Below, in pieces: positions 1 to 11,744 of a DNA stretch of 64,000 bases. This DNA is from an uncultured delta proteobacterium (GTDB taxonomy: Bacteria; Desulfobacterota; RBG-13-43-22): positions 54,114 through 118,113 of the forward strand of contig CAVUPH010000015.1 in the NCBI GenBank assembly GCA_963743305.1, read 5' to 3'. The notes under the pieces were generated by a model. That model was not told the DNA's origin, ran no database searches, and saw only the letters and a list, made by a program, of their open reading frames with translations. The position numbers were made by a program, and so were the translations under genes. Within the stretch, counting starts at the first letter, position 1, and the number at the start of each line of letters is the position of its first letter.

Positions 1-3
1 CAT

Positions 4-759
4 TTAGGCCAGCTCCTTACCCAGATAGGCTTCCTGAACCTGGACGTTGCCGCGAATGTTACCGGGGGTATCCGTGGCCACCAGCGCCCCATAGACCAGC
101 ACCGAAATGCGATCAGCCAGATCAAAGACCACGCTCATGTCGTGCTCGACCATGATCAGCGTCTTGTCTTCCGTGACGTGGTGAATTAATTCGACGGCCC
201 GGCCGGTCTCACTTTTACTCATCCCGGCCGTCGGTTCATCCAGCAGGATCACCTCGGCATTGCCGGCGATGGTGACCCCGATTTCCAGAGCCCGTTGCTC
301 CGCATAGGCCAGAAGACCGGCTGGAATATCCCGTCGGTCGGCCAGGTTGATTTTCTCTAAAAGCGCCTCGGCTTTTTCGTTGACCCTTTTCAATCGTCCG
401 CAGAGATGCCAGAAGGAGTATCGATAGCCCATGGGCCACAACAAAGCACAGCGAATATTCTCGAAAACGCTCATTCGGGGAAAAATGTTGGTCACCTGAA
501 AGCTGCGGGAAAGGCCGCTGCGGTTGATCTGATGAGAGTGCAGGCCGGTGATGTCGCGCCCTTTCAGTTCGATGCGGCCGGAATCGACCTGATAAAAGCC
601 GCTGATCAGATTAAACAGGGTGGACTTCCCGGCCCCGTTGGGCCCGATGATGGCGTGCCTTTCCCCGCTGAGAAATTCCACAGTAACTCCGTTGATGATT
701 TTGGTGCTGCCGAAACTTTTGTGGACCTCGATCAGTTTAAGGGCGGCGGCGGTCATCAC
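4..759 (-). CDS. Branched-chain amino acid-type ABC transporter ATP-binding subunit (LivG-like)
   Basis: Walker A GPNGAGKST, LLDEPTAG, C-terminal VQEAYLG; CAT at 1-3 suggests the next gene (LivF-like) starts at the window edge. Confidence 0.93.
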   Translation of the reverse strand: MMTAAALKLIEVHKSFGSTKIINGVTVEFLSGERHAIIGPNGAGKSTLFNLISGFYQVDSGRIELKGRDITGLHSHQINRSGLSRSFQVTNIFPRMSVFENIRCALLWPMGYRYSFWHLCGRLKRVNEKAEALLEKINLADRRDIPAGLLAYAEQRALEIGVTIAGNAEVILLDEPTAGMSKSETGRAVELIHHVTEDKTLIMVEHDMSVVFDLADRISVLVYGALVATDTPGNIRGNVQVQEAYLGKELA

Positions 760-2036
760 GGGGTTCCCTTCTTCATTTCCAGGGTCACCTCTTGCCAGGC
801 CTGTTTGACCCTTCTGCCTGCCCGGCGGAGAAACACAAAACCGATGATGAGCAGTCCAAGCGCCACCCCCCAGGGGAGGGGTGACTGGGCGCTGAAGGTG
901 ATTTTGAATAACTTCAGGGGGGCGGTCGGATCGATACTCAGGGAAAGATGGTAATTGATTTCAATCAAAATCATGGCCCCCAGAAAAATCACCAGGGTCG
1001 GCCAAGCCGCCAGGATATAGGCCGGCAGCAGCCGCTTCAGCAGTCCGGCCTTCCATACCGGTTCATGCATCATGATGAGGCCGGCCAGCCCGTTCGGCGC
1101 CCAGAGCACCATGCCCATAAAGAGCAGCCCGAAATACAGCAGCCAGGCATTGGTGATGTTGGCCAGGGAAAGCTGCATAAAGGTGACCAGCACGGCGCCC
1201 AGAATGGGTCCGAAAAAATGGCCGACCCCGCCGATATAGGTCATCATCAAGACATTACCGGAGGGTATGTGCCCGATCGTTTCGGCCGTCACGATTTCGT
1301 AGTTTACGGCGAAGAGCCCGCCGGCGATGCCGGCAAAAAAAGCGGCCAGGGCGTACTGGAACGTTCGCACCCGATGGGTATCGTAGCCGACGAAGGGGGC
1401 CCGATCCGGGTTATCCCGGACGGCATTGGCCAAACGCCCCAGGGGCGTCTGGGTCAACAGGTACATTAACACGGTGCTGACCAGGGTCCAGAAGGCAATC
1501 AGATAGTAGACCGTTATTTGTTTGCCGAATTTTATTCCGGTCAACGTGATTCCGGTCATACGATTGCCGGAGATCCCCTGCTCGCCGCCGAAAAAGCTGG
1601 GCAACATCAGGGCGCTGGAGGCGATCAATTCGCCGATGCCCAGGGTAATCAGCGCAAAAGTTGTCCCGGCCCGCTTGGTGGCCAGCCAGCCGAAGATCAG
1701 ACCGAAGACAACCGACCCCAATCCCCCGACGAGGGGCATCAGCTCCAGAGGTATGGGCAGAACCCCTCCACTGACCAGATTGAGGACATGGATCGAAATG
1801 AACCCGCCCAGGCCATAGAATACCGCATGCCCGAAAGACAGCAATCCCCCTTCCCCGAGCAGCATGTTATAGGAGAGGGCGAAGATGATGGCGATGCCCA
1901 TCTGGCTGAGCATGGACCGGGAGAAACTGGAGCGGAAAATCAACGGCAGAAGACAGGCCAGGATGGCCGCCCCGATCCAAAATCCGTAGCGGCGCCACCA
2001 ATAAAGAAACTTCGATTTTTCTTCAATGGGGCTCAT
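756..2036 (-). CDS. Liv-type ABC transporter permease (LivM-like)
   Basis: LSYNMLLGEGGLLSFGHAVFYGLG and GGVGHFFGPILGA motifs; likely start MSPIEEK at 2036 overlaps the upstream stop (ATGA). Confidence 0.9.
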   Translation of the reverse strand: MSPIEEKSKFLYWWRRYGFWIGAAILACLLPLIFRSSFSRSMLSQMGIAIIFALSYNMLLGEGGLLSFGHAVFYGLGGFISIHVLNLVSGGVLPIPLELMPLVGGLGSVVFGLIFGWLATKRAGTTFALITLGIGELIASSALMLPSFFGGEQGISGNRMTGITLTGIKFGKQITVYYLIAFWTLVSTVLMYLLTQTPLGRLANAVRDNPDRAPFVGYDTHRVRTFQYALAAFFAGIAGGLFAVNYEIVTAETIGHIPSGNVLMMTYIGGVGHFFGPILGAVLVTFMQLSLANITNAWLLYFGLLFMGMVLWAPNGLAGLIMMHEPVWKAGLLKRLLPAYILAAWPTLVIFLGAMILIEINYHLSLSIDPTAPLKLFKITFSAQSPLPWGVALGLLIIGFVFLRRAGRRVKQAWQEVTLEMKKGTP

Positions 2037-2983
2037 GATTCCCGTTTTCCCATCAAGCCTTTCGGACGGAATATGAGCATCAAGACCATAAACAGATACG
2101 GCAGGATAGGACCGGTATGGGATATCTGGATTCGCAAGAAATCCTTTAACAGGCCACTGGACATAAGATGGATGCCGAAGAGGCCCAATACATCGTTCAA
2201 CGAAACCTGGATTCCAACCGCGAAGGTTTGAATGGCGCCCAGGAGTAAAGAGGCGACAAAGGCCCCGGTCAGGGACCCCATGCCGCCGACGACGATGACC
2301 ACAAAGACAATGGGGCCCAAATGGGTGGCCATGGAGGGCTCGGTGATCAAATAGTTGCCCCCGATCACGCCGGCCAGTCCGGCCAGGGCCGAGCCGCCGC
2401 CGAAGACCAGCATAAAGACTCCGGGCACATTGTGTCCCAGCGTGCTTACTCCGTCCGGATGGGTCAGGGCCGCTTGGATAATCAGCCCGATGCGGCTGCG
2501 GGTTAAGACCAGGAACAGGACCACGAACATGCCCACCGAAACGACCAGCATAAAGGCCCGATAGGCCGAAAAATCGGTGCCGAAAAAGGTAATCAAGGGA
2601 AAATCCAGGATGGCCGGGATTTGATAGGCTACGGCGTTCCGACCCCAGATCAGGTTGACGCACTCCTCGATAAGATAGGCCAGGCCCACGGTAAACAACA
2701 GTTCGGCCACATGGCCGTATTTGTGCACCGTCCGGAGGCCGTAGCGTTCCACCAGGGCCCCTAGGGCACCAACGATCAACGGGGCGATCACCAGCCCCGG
2801 CCAGAAACCGATAAATTCGCTGACCTGAAAAGCAAAGTAGGCCCCCAGCATGAAGAAGCTGGCATGGGCGAAATTAAGGACCCCCATCATGCTGAAAATA
2901 AGGGTAAGCCCACTGGAAAGCATGAACAATAGCAGACCGTAGAGAAGGCTGTTGATGGACGAAACAAAAACATATTCCAGCAT
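2033..2983 (-). CDS. Liv-type ABC transporter permease (LivH-like)
   Basis: GLTLIFSMMGVLNFAH, VVGGMGSLTGA, RPKGLMG motifs. Confidence 0.92.
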   Translation of the reverse strand: MLEYVFVSSINSLLYGLLLFMLSSGLTLIFSMMGVLNFAHASFFMLGAYFAFQVSEFIGFWPGLVIAPLIVGALGALVERYGLRTVHKYGHVAELLFTVGLAYLIEECVNLIWGRNAVAYQIPAILDFPLITFFGTDFSAYRAFMLVVSVGMFVVLFLVLTRSRIGLIIQAALTHPDGVSTLGHNVPGVFMLVFGGGSALAGLAGVIGGNYLITEPSMATHLGPIVFVVIVVGGMGSLTGAFVASLLLGAIQTFAVGIQVSLNDVLGLFGIHLMSSGLLKDFLRIQISHTGPILPYLFMVLMLIFRPKGLMGKRES

Positions 2984-3110
2984 GGGGGTTCTCTCGGTTT
3001 GGTATGGTGGCCTTACGGATTATACGGTCCTTCGCCACCTGAAAAAAACACGTCAAATCCAGTCAAAAATATCGGGAGACATTCAAAAGCCGCTGGTCCT
3101 CCATACTAAA

Positions 3111-3140
3111 GTCGCCCGCCCGATATACCGGACGGGCGGC
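3111..3140. terminator. GC-rich hairpin downstream of the substrate-binding protein gene
   Basis: GTCGCCCGCCCG-atatac-CGGACGGGCGGC imperfect inverted repeat between the SBP and permease genes. Confidence 0.45.
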
Positions 3141-3158
3141 GGTTCAAGAAAGTCTGGT

Positions 3159-4435
3159 TTATTTGGAGGGCCGATTCATTTTGCAGGTAGTCGGCATCGC
3201 GGTATTCGCCGCCTCAACACGCATATTGGTTTTCCAGCCTAACCCGGTATTTTCCACGTCATACTTGACGGCCTTGGTCCCGGCCTTGGTCAGGGTGGAG
3301 ATATACAGGGGCTGGATCAACTGATGATCCTCGGCCCGCATGGTCACTGTGCCGTAATAGGTTTTGAGCGTCATCCCTTCCAGGGCAAAAGCGACGGCCT
3401 TGGCATCGGTGCTGCCGGCCTTGTCAATGGCCTTGGCGACCATTTCCATCAGGGTCCGGATACGTCCGTAATAAAATGGATTCTTGCCCCCATCGGAATA
3501 TTTCTCTTGATAACCGAGGTAAAATTTTTCGTCCTCCGGTTTCTTCTCTTCGAGCCAGAGGTTGTTGTGCCACTCAGTCACCTGCTTCACGTGACCCTCG
3601 CCGGCGGCGCCGATGGCGGTCGGGCTGCCCAGTCCGCCGCCGTAAAAAGTGAAGTACTGCACGTTGAGCCCGGCCTCTTTTCCGGCCTTAACCAGCAATG
3701 ACAGATCCGCTCCCCAGTTGCCGGTAATGACGCTGTCGGCACCGGAGGCCTTGATCATGGCAATGTAGGGTGAAAAATCCTTCACTTTGGCCAAAGGAAC
3801 GGAGGGTGTTGCCGACGATCTGGATATCCGGCCGCTTGGCCTTCAGCATGGCCAGGGAGGCGTCCCGAACCGAGTGTCCAAAGACATAGTCCTGGTTGAA
3901 TCAGATAGACCTTTTTGATGTTCTTCTGGCTTTTAATATAATCGGTAATGGCAGCGATCTTCATGTCCACATGGGCATCGAAGCGGAAGTGCCAGAAGCT
4001 GCACCCTTCGTTGGTGAATTCCGGGGTGATCGCCGCGTAATTAAAGTAGACCACCTGCTTGTCCGGATTGCGTTCATTATGCTTGTTGATGGCATCGATC
4101 AGGGCGCCGGCCACACTGGAACCGTTGCCCTGGGTGATGAATCGAATGCCTTGATCGATGGCGCTTTTAAGCTGGATCAAGCTGTCGTTGGGGCTTAATT
4201 TGCCGTCGAAGGGAACGATTTCGAATTTCTTACCTCCCAATACGCCCCCCTTGGCGTTGAGCAGGTTCGCCATGTACTGAAAATGCTTATAGCCGGCATC
4301 ACCGACATTGGCCATGGCGCCGGAAAGGGGGTCGATATAGGCGATTTTAATAGTCTCGGCCGCCAGACCAGACCCGCAAACCATGATGATAAGTCCTAAA
4401 CCCACCAAAACCGCAACCATTCTTTTTAGTCCCAT
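3159..4435 (-). CDS. Liv-type ABC transporter substrate-binding protein, split by two apparent +1 frameshifts (~3900 and ~3802)
   Basis: ORF 3782-4435 (signal peptide, IKIAYIDPLSG) and ORF 3159-3794 (ITGNWGADL) are consecutive halves; removing single bases restores YLINQDYVFG and NTLVPLAKV. Confidence 0.88.
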
Positions 4436-4507
4436 AATAATCTCCTTTCAGGGGTTAAGTATTTTCTATTTTTGGTAGAATTTCCTTTTTGCCGGAAAAA
4501 GTATCAT

Positions 4508-5230
4508 TTATAAACTGGTCCCGGCTTTTGAAGGGAACGCCCGTTCAATTGAAAGTTTTTTCCCCGGGGGTTTCTCCTTCCCCGAGATCAACAGGGTTTG
4601 AATGTAACCCATCAGCAGATCCACGGCCTCCTTTCTCGGGTAATCCTTAAGACTCCAGCGCCGCAAGGAAAGGAAGGATAATAGATAAACCACCAGGTTA
4701 GCAAAAAAATAGGTATCTCCGATCCGGGTTAACTCCTTCTTATTGGCCTCATCCAGTAACTTTTTAAACATGGTGATATAGCGAGTCTCCAGTTCCAGGA
4801 TGGACTGGAGCATTTCCTTGCTCAGAGAGCCGGATTCGCGATAAAGCAGGATGATCTCATCCTCAAAATCGGAGGATTTCTCCAAGGCATTCCGGATGAT
4901 GGCGGCTAATTCCCCGGAGCGGAACTCGAATTCGTCTTCCTGGATTTGAAAAAGGGCGCGATACACGGTGTGGATCATATCCTGATGAACCAAATATAAG
5001 ATATCCTCCTTGGTCCGGATATAATCATACAGGTTGCCCATGCTGAAGGAGGTGGCTTTGGCAATATCGCGGATGCTGGTCTGGTGATAACCCTTCTCAA
5101 TAAATATCTTGGTCGCCGCGCTGATTAGTTGCCGTCTTCGGCGTTCGACCAAGCCGGTATTCTTGATCTGGGTGGAAACCGTGACCGGCCCCCGCGTTGC
5201 TGCTCCTATAGTTTTTGCTTTTCCCTTCAT
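4508..5230 (-). CDS. TetR/AcrR family transcriptional regulator
   Basis: HTH: IFIEKGYHQTSIRDIAKATSFSMGNLYDYIRTKEDIL. Confidence 0.92.
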   Translation of the reverse strand: MKGKAKTIGAATRGPVTVSTQIKNTGLVERRRRQLISAATKIFIEKGYHQTSIRDIAKATSFSMGNLYDYIRTKEDILYLVHQDMIHTVYRALFQIQEDEFEFRSGELAAIIRNALEKSSDFEDEIILLYRESGSLSKEMLQSILELETRYITMFKKLLDEANKKELTRIGDTYFFANLVVYLLSFLSLRRWSLKDYPRKEAVDLLMGYIQTLLISGKEKPPGKKLSIERAFPSKAGTSL

Positions 5231-5247
5231 CGGGCTTTCCAGATTTC

Positions 5248-5291
5248 CGAGCGAATGCTCGCTATCATACTAATTTAAGGAAATCTGTCAA
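5248..5291 (-). promoter_or_regulatory. Sigma70-like promoter (TTGACA-16 nt-TATGAT) with adjacent palindromic operator CGAGC-GAAT-GCTCG
   Basis: -35 at 5291-5286 and -10 at 5269-5264 on the minus strand; palindrome at 5248-5261 just upstream of the TetR start; autoregulation is inferred. Confidence 0.6.
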
Positions 5292-5369
5292 GGATTTTTT
5301 AGATTCCTTTGGATCTATTTCGGATTACGATTGCGAAACCATCCACAATCGAAGTGCATCGCTTGGGAG

Positions 5370-6971
5370 TTAGCTGGCCCGGCTGAAGTAATCGGGGGAT
5401 ATTCCCGGCCAGGGGTTGTCGACCTGCTCCATCTGAACCAAGTCAGGCTCGGCCAGCCGGGTGAAATCCGACAGGTCCTTGGCCGCCCAGATCAACCGCT
5501 GAAACCGCTGATGGTGGTGGTGAAATCGTTGGTTGGCGTATTCCTTGGCCTGGGTGGTAAACAACAGGAAAGGCCAGTCGCTTCCCTCCATGAGAAGGAG
5601 TTCCCGGGCCAGTTGGCGCAATATCCGGTTTCCCCGTTCATCCACCTCCCGGCCCGATAAAGTGACTTGTTCCAAAACTTTTTCCAGCTCGCGGCTGGAG
5701 CCGTTGATATAAGGCCAGATCCAGCCGTGCTCCGGGTTCAGCCAGACGGTGAAGTCGCTGTTCATCCCCCAGGTGCTCACCCCCAAATTGATCGTGGAAA
5801 AGCCTTCCTTTCGTCGATCTACGAAGTCGCCCAGGCTACCCGTCTTTACCTCCTCTTCTCCGGCCAGGCGGCGGAAGACCCGGTCGATCCACTCCACTCC
5901 TTCATGCCACCAGTGGCCGAAGAGCTCGCCGTCATAAGGACTGACGATAAGTGGTTCCTGGTTGGAGGTTTCTCGCTCCAGTCGGAAGGACTCCTCCCGG
6001 AGCAAGGAAACAAAATGATCGGCCTGGCTTTCCACCCGTTCCCGGGCCATTTCCGGGTCATAGCGGGCCTTCTCCGGGCCGCCTGTCACCCGGCAATAAT
6101 GAAGACCGGATTCGGAATCCTTGGCATGAAATTCCAGGTACCAGGGATCGCCCGGGTAGCCTGTCTCCGCCGACCAGACCTGGCGGCCGGTGGCTTCATT
6201 GCGTCCGAAAACCCCCACCCCGGAGGGCAGCCGGTATCCCCGGCCGGTGCCGGGCCGGCTTTCCTCATATTGTTTTCCAGGAAGCCGGCCCGGGTCAGCC
6301 CGACCCCCTCCACAAAGAAATAGGTCAGGCCTTCGTCGGCCAGCCACTGGTCGATTCCCTTCCGTTCGCGCTTTTCCGCCTCCACCCACTGGGCCGGACG
6401 GTAGGCGCACTCCGGCAGCCAGAAACCCCGCGGTTGCCGGCCGAAATATTTCCGGTACGTTTCCACCCCGAGGCGGATTTGAGAGAAGACGCTCGAGTCC
6501 CGTTCCAAGAGGGGCAGGAAGCCGTGAGTGGCCGCCGAAGTCAGGACCTCGATCACCCCTTCTTCCTGGAGCCATTTCAGGGTTCCCAAGATATCCCGGT
6601 AGAAGTCATGAACGTAGGCCTGAAAATGGCCTTGGAAGCGCTCCCGCCAGTATTCGGCAATTCGCCGGTTCTCGGGATTGCCCTGGAATCTGCGGCCATC
6701 CTCCTCGGCCCGGCGGATCTTATCTTCCAGGTACTCGGTGAACCTTTGGTTCATATAAGGATCGGCCAGTTGCTCGGCCAGAATGGGAACCACGCCGATC
6801 ATAATCCCCGGGCGGAGCCCATCCATCTGAAATCCGCGCAGCACCCGCAGCAGCGGGATATAGGTTTCATTCATGGCCTCGAAGAGCCATTCCTCTCCGG
6901 CCGGCCAGACCCCGGACTTACGGCAATAGGGAATATGGCAATGGAGCATTAGGGCAAAAGATACCCGGCAT
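5370..6971 (-). CDS. GH57 family 1,4-alpha-glucan branching enzyme, frameshifted (~6957 and ~6215)
   Basis: GH57 motifs LHCHIPY, ETYIPLL, ATHGFLPL, GFWLPECAY, PYDGELFGHWWHEG, ELLLMEGSDWPF spread over ORFs 6086-6949 and 5370-6575. Confidence 0.88.
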
Positions 6972-7047
6972 AAGAAGATCTCCGACTCAGCACTTCAATT
7001 CGCAAACCGCAGAGTACAAAGAATTGGACCAATCCCTTGAAAAGTTT

Positions 7048-7134
7048 AGAATGCTGGAATAGTGGAATTATGGAAAAAGAGCTTTGCTGGGAGGCTACAC
7101 CCATTATTCCAGTTTTCCATTATTCCAATCTTCC
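7048..7134. repeat. Octamer-periodic inverted repeat element (TGGAATAG-like / CCATTATT-like)
   Basis: gaatgctggaatagtggaattatgg ... ccattattccagttttccattattcca. Confidence 0.7.
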
Positions 7135-7159
7135 CTGCGCCTTTCTTCCATCTTCGTCT

Positions 7160-8338
7160 TTACCCTTCGTTCCGCACGATCAACGCCACTCCCTGCCCCC
7201 CTCCCAGACACATGGTGGCCAGGCCCAGTTCTTTCCCGGAACGGCGCAGCTCATAGATGAGCTTGGTCAGGATGACCCCGCCGGTGCCGCTGATGGGATG
7301 GCCCAGGGCAATGGCCCCGCCGTTGACGTTGACCCTTTCCGGGTCCAATCCTAATTCGCGGATACAGGCCAGAGACTGGGAGGCAAAGGCCTCGTTCAGT
7401 TCCACCAGGTCGATCGCCGCCAGGGACAGGCCGGTCTTTTTCAGGACCGAGCGAGTGGCCTCAATCGGTCCAATGCCCATCAAGGAGGGTTCCACCCCGA
7501 CCGAGGCATAACCGACGATAGACACCAGCGGTTTTAACCCCAGATCGCGGGCCTTGTCCCGGGAGGCCACCACCAGGGCGGAGGCCCCATCGTTCATGCC
7601 GCTGGAGTTGCCCGCCGTTACCGTACCCCCGGAGCGGAATACGGGCTTCAATTTGGCCAAATCCTCCAATGTGGTCTCCGGCCGCGGGTGTTCGTCCTGT
7701 TTAAAAAGAATGATCTTCCCCTTGGATTGCGGCACGGGAACAGGCACGATCTGTTCGTCGAACAGCCCCCCTTTCAGGGCCTGGGCCGCCTTCTTCTGGC
7801 TCTCCAGGGCAAAGGCGTCCTGATCGGTCCGGCTGATCTGATATTTTTCCGCCACATTTTCGGCCGTTTCCCCCATGGTGTTGCCGCTGATGGGATCGAA
7901 CAGGACCAACTGATCCATGAGCTGCCCATGCCCCAGCCGGTATCCCCAACGGGCTTTGGTCAGGAGATAACCGGCGTTACTCATGTGTTCCAGCCCTCCG
8001 GCCACCAGGACTTGGGCGTCACCGGCCTTGATCGCCTGGGCCGCCAGAAAAACCGATTTCAGCGATCCGCCGCAGGCCTTGGCCACGGTAAAATTAGGCA
8101 CCGGGATGGGGATGCCGGCGTCCACGGATATGGGCCGCGCCATATTGGGCGGCAGCTCGCCGGTCCGGTATTGCTGGGCGAAAACGACCTCCTCCACTTG
8201 GCCCGGCTCCAACCCGGCCCTTTCCATGGCGGCTTTAATCACCAAAGCCCCCAGGGCCCGGTCGGTGACATTTTTCAGGGTCCCGCCAAACCGTCCCACC
8301 GCCGTTCGCACGGCACTGACAATCACAGGTTCATTCAT
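7160..8338 (-). CDS. Acetyl-CoA acetyltransferase (thiolase)
   Basis: [31 protein letters not shown]; start taken at MNEPVIV. Confidence 0.95.
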   Translation of the reverse strand: MNEPVIVSAVRTAVGRFGGTLKNVTDRALGALVIKAAMERAGLEPGQVEEVVFAQQYRTGELPPNMARPISVDAGIPIPVPNFTVAKACGGSLKSVFLAAQAIKAGDAQVLVAGGLEHMSNAGYLLTKARWGYRLGHGQLMDQLVLFDPISGNTMGETAENVAEKYQISRTDQDAFALESQKKAAQALKGGLFDEQIVPVPVPQSKGKIILFKQDEHPRPETTLEDLAKLKPVFRSGGTVTAGNSSGMNDGASALVVASRDKARDLGLKPLVSIVGYASVGVEPSLMGIGPIEATRSVLKKTGLSLAAIDLVELNEAFASQSLACIRELGLDPERVNVNGGAIALGHPISGTGGVILTKLIYELRRSGKELGLATMCLGGGQGVALIVRNEG

Positions 8339-8428
8339 AGTATTCTTCCTCTTTCTTTGCTTTTTTCGTCTTCTTTGCTTCCTTCTTCCCTCTCCGTCGA
8401 AAGCGCCTATGCCGCCTCGGCGACTCAA

Positions 8429-9316
8429 TCAGGCCTTCGTCGGTCCCAGCCGGGTCCCGTCCGGGCCGTATTCGTACCAGCCGCGGCCGGTCTTGCGGCC
8501 CAGCCATCCGGCCTGGACCCTCCGCCGCAGCCCGGCCGGCGGATACCAGCGGGGGTCTTTGGTCTCCTCGTAAATCGCCAGCAGGGCCCCGTGGGTCACG
8601 TCCAGGCCCACCAGGTCTCCGGTTTCAAAGATGCCCATCTTGCGTCCGGAAGCCAGCCGCAGCCCCTTGTCCACATCCTCGATACCGGCCACGCCCATCT
8701 CCACCAGACGCATGGCTTCCAGCGCCGCCGGAAAATTAATGCGGTTGATCAGGAAGCCGGGTACGTCCTTGTGAACCAGGATCGGCTCCTTTTTGACCTG
8801 AAGGACAAACCGTCGTCCGGCCTCAAAGGCCTCGTCGCTGGTGAATTGACCGCGGACGACCTCCACGGCTTCCATCATGGGGGCCGGGCTGAAGAAGTGC
8901 AGACCCAGGACCTTATCGGGTCGTCGGGTCCCGGCCGCCAGGGTACTGATGCTGATGGCGCTGGTATTGGAGGCCAGCAGGGCCTCCGGCCGGGCCACGG
9001 CGTCAAACCGGGCAAAGATCTCCTGTTTGACTTCCAATTTTTCGAAGACGGCCTCGAGACAAAGATCGGCCTCCGCCGCCCGGCCGAAATCCGTGGTAGT
9101 GGCCATGCGGCCCATCACGGCCTCCAACGGCCCGGCCGCCTTTCCTTTTTCAATCAGCTTCCCGGCGCTCCAGGCAATGTTCTTGGTCGCCTTTTCCAGT
9201 ACCTCCGGACCGATATCGCCGAGGATTACTTCCAGCCCGGCCTGGGCGCAGACCTGCGCGATGCCCGAACCCATAAGCCCGGCACCGGCAATAAATACCT
9301 TTTTAATTTCCATCAT
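8429..9316 (-). CDS. 3-hydroxybutyryl/3-hydroxyacyl-CoA dehydrogenase
   Basis: GAGLMGSGIAQ, ASNTSA, GLHFFSPAP, PGFLINR, LGRKTGRGWY. Confidence 0.94.
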   Translation of the reverse strand: MMEIKKVFIAGAGLMGSGIAQVCAQAGLEVILGDIGPEVLEKATKNIAWSAGKLIEKGKAAGPLEAVMGRMATTTDFGRAAEADLCLEAVFEKLEVKQEIFARFDAVARPEALLASNTSAISISTLAAGTRRPDKVLGLHFFSPAPMMEAVEVVRGQFTSDEAFEAGRRFVLQVKKEPILVHKDVPGFLINRINFPAALEAMRLVEMGVAGIEDVDKGLRLASGRKMGIFETGDLVGLDVTHGALLAIYEETKDPRWYPPAGLRRRVQAGWLGRKTGRGWYEYGPDGTRLGPTKA

Positions 9317-9414
9317 TGTTCCTTCTCCAAAAGCTGTGAGTTGCTTATCCCCTAATGGCTATTCGTAGATTGTTGAAGGCCGAAGGCCGTTATATAAATT
9401 TTTCGAAGAAAAAT

Positions 9415-10570
9415 TTATTTGGCTGTTACGCTTTCCGGCAGCCGTCGGGTGAGTATATCCACGGTTTCTTCGACCAGATCCTCCAGTACCTGACGGGCGG
9501 GTTTGATCTCCTTGATCAACCCGGAGATCTGGCCGGCGAGGCCGCCTACGTATTCGTCCTGGTTGGCCTCCACGAAGGCCCCTAACAGCGCGGAAGAAAT
9601 CAACACCTGGGAAGGAAACGGCAGGGGCTCCAGGCCGGATTGATCCCAGAGATCATGGTACCGGTTGTAACTGGCCCGCAAGGTCTTGCCCGAATAAGCC
9701 CGGCTGACCCGGGTATCCTCATCGGTGGATTCGATGATCCGGCGCTTGTTCACATCCAGGGCCCCGCCCTCGTTGGTGGCCAGGAACCGGGTTCCCACCC
9801 AGACCCCGATGCAGCCCATGGCCAGGGCCGCGGCCACACCGCGACCGTCGCCGATGCCGCCGGCGGCCAGCACGGGAACCGGGAAGGCGGCATCCATGGC
9901 CTGAGGCAGCAAGGCCATGGTCCCGATCCGACCGGTGTGTCCTCCGCCCTCGTGCCCCTGGGCCACCAGGAGGTCGATACCGGACTGGGCCATCCGCCTG
10001 GCATTTTTGGCGTTTCCCGTAATGCCCAGCACTTTGATGCCCAGGGCATGGGCCTCCTCCACCATAAAGCCCGGGTTCCCCAATCCGGCGCAGAACAGGG
10101 GGACGCTCTCTTCGAGGCAGACCTTCACCGCCTCCAGGGGGCGCATGGTGGTGGTATTCATGCGGACCATGATCTCCGCCTCGGGCAGGACCATCTCCCG
10201 CCGGATTTTTTCGACCCAGTCCCGATGGGCCTGCGGAATGGACTGCAAGACCAGGCTGAGGGGTATCTTATCCGCCCCCGCCTGGCCGAGTCCGCCGCCC
10301 ATATCCAGCTTCTGCGGCAAAAGGAGGTCCACCCCAAAGGGTTTATCGGTCAGCGTCTTGATCTGCCGGATGGCCTCTCGCAATTCATCCACCGTGTAGC
10401 CGCTGCCGCCCAGGACCCCCAGGCCGCCGGCTTCCGAAACGGCCACCACCAGCTCCACGGGCGCGCCGGTCCGCTCGCCGATCAGCGTCGGGCCCCATGC
10501 CGGCGCTGAGAATAGGGTATTCAATCCCAAGAAGATCACAAAGTTTGGTTCGAAGCACTCGTTTGGCCAT
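9415..10570 (-). CDS. Nitronate monooxygenase/FabK-like FMN oxidoreductase, frameshift near the N-terminus (~10490)
   Basis: N-terminus MAKRVLRTKLCDLLGIEYPILSAGMG joins SEAGGLG, AQGHEGGGHTG, AAGGIGDGRG, VGTRFLAT. Confidence 0.88.
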
Positions 10571-10664
10571 ATAGCCTCCTTACCTCTTCCAATGGTTAAT
10601 AATTAACGATAGACTATTGATTATTAATAATTTGTTTCCCCTCATCCATGGCCTTCAGTCCCGC

Positions 10665-11730
10665 TTAACCTGCCTGTTCGACGATCTGTTGCGCGGTTTT
10701 TTCCAGTACCCGAACGCCGTGGATCAAAGCGGCAAAACGCTCATCTTTGGTCTGGCCATGAAAATAACGGTAATAGATTTGCTGAGCGATTACTGCCAGC
10801 CGAAAAACGCCGAAGCAGTAATAAAAATCGAAACAGGCGGTGTCCCGCCCGGTTTTTTCGCCATACCGGCCGATCAGTTCCTTCCGGGTCAGGGCCCCGT
10901 CAATATGGGTGGGCATGTTCCGCAGCAGGTGGGCCTCCGGGGGATCGTCTTTCTCGACCCAGTAGGCCAGCGTGTTGCCCAGGTCCATGAGAGGGTCTCC
11001 GATGGTGGCCATCTCCCAGTCCAGGACCCCGATGATCCGGAAAGGGTCCCGGGCCTCGATCACCAGGTTGTCGAGCCGGTAATCGTTGTGGACCAGGGTC
11101 GGCCGATCGGTATCCGCCGGCATCTGCCCGGCCATCCAGGCCATGACCCCTTCAAAATCGGGGGCGTCGGGCGTTCGGGCCGCCCGGTATCTTTTGCTCC
11201 AACCTTCCACCTGCCGTCGCACATAGCCTTCCGGCTTGCCGAAATTTTCCAGCCCGATTTTTCTATAGTCAATGGAGTGAAGTTCCACCAATACGTCCAG
11301 GAACCTTTCAAAAAGATTTCGGGCCTGTTCGGGGGTAATCACCAAACCCGGAGGAAGATCTTTTCGCAGGATCAGTCCATCGATTCGGGCCATGACATAG
11401 AACGGGCTGCCGATCACGGATTCATCTTCGGTATAGACTAGGGGTTCCGGACAATACGAATAGACCGGCCGCAGGGCCTTAAGGATCCGGTATTCCCGGC
11501 CCATATCATGGGCGGTTTTGGCCTTGGTCCCGAAAGGAGGCCGTCGCAGGACCAGATCCCGGTTTTTAAAAGAAAGCAAATAGGTCAGATTGGAAAACCC
11601 TCGGGGAAACTGCCGGACGGACAAGGGTCCCTCCAACCCGGGGACCGAAGCCTTCAAAAAAGCCTCGACCCGCGCCGGATCCAGTTCTTCTCCCGACTCG
11701 GATCGCCGTGGCCTGGTCAGTGTAATTCAT
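10665..11730 (-). CDS. APH-family phosphotransferase (LvaA / ACAD10-11 kinase-domain-like), apparent +1 frameshift ~11697
   Basis: QFPRGFSNLTY, LVLRRPP, AHDMGREY, HNDYRLDN, LDWEMATIGDPL; ATG at 11730 with GGAGG RBS gives MNYTDQATAIR(S)GEELD. Confidence 0.9.
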
Positions 11731-11744
11731 TCCCAACCTCCCGA

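Noticed and set aside
2037-2663. N-terminal 208 aa of the 635-aa ORF 756-2663
   Set aside because: Out-of-frame overlap with the LivH-like gene; LivM similarity begins at 2036.
7688-9355. 555-aa plus-strand ORF (also 19418-20779, 5951-6952, 51396-52448)
   Set aside because: Antisense shadow ORFs of well-supported genes, typical of high-GC DNA; no motifs.
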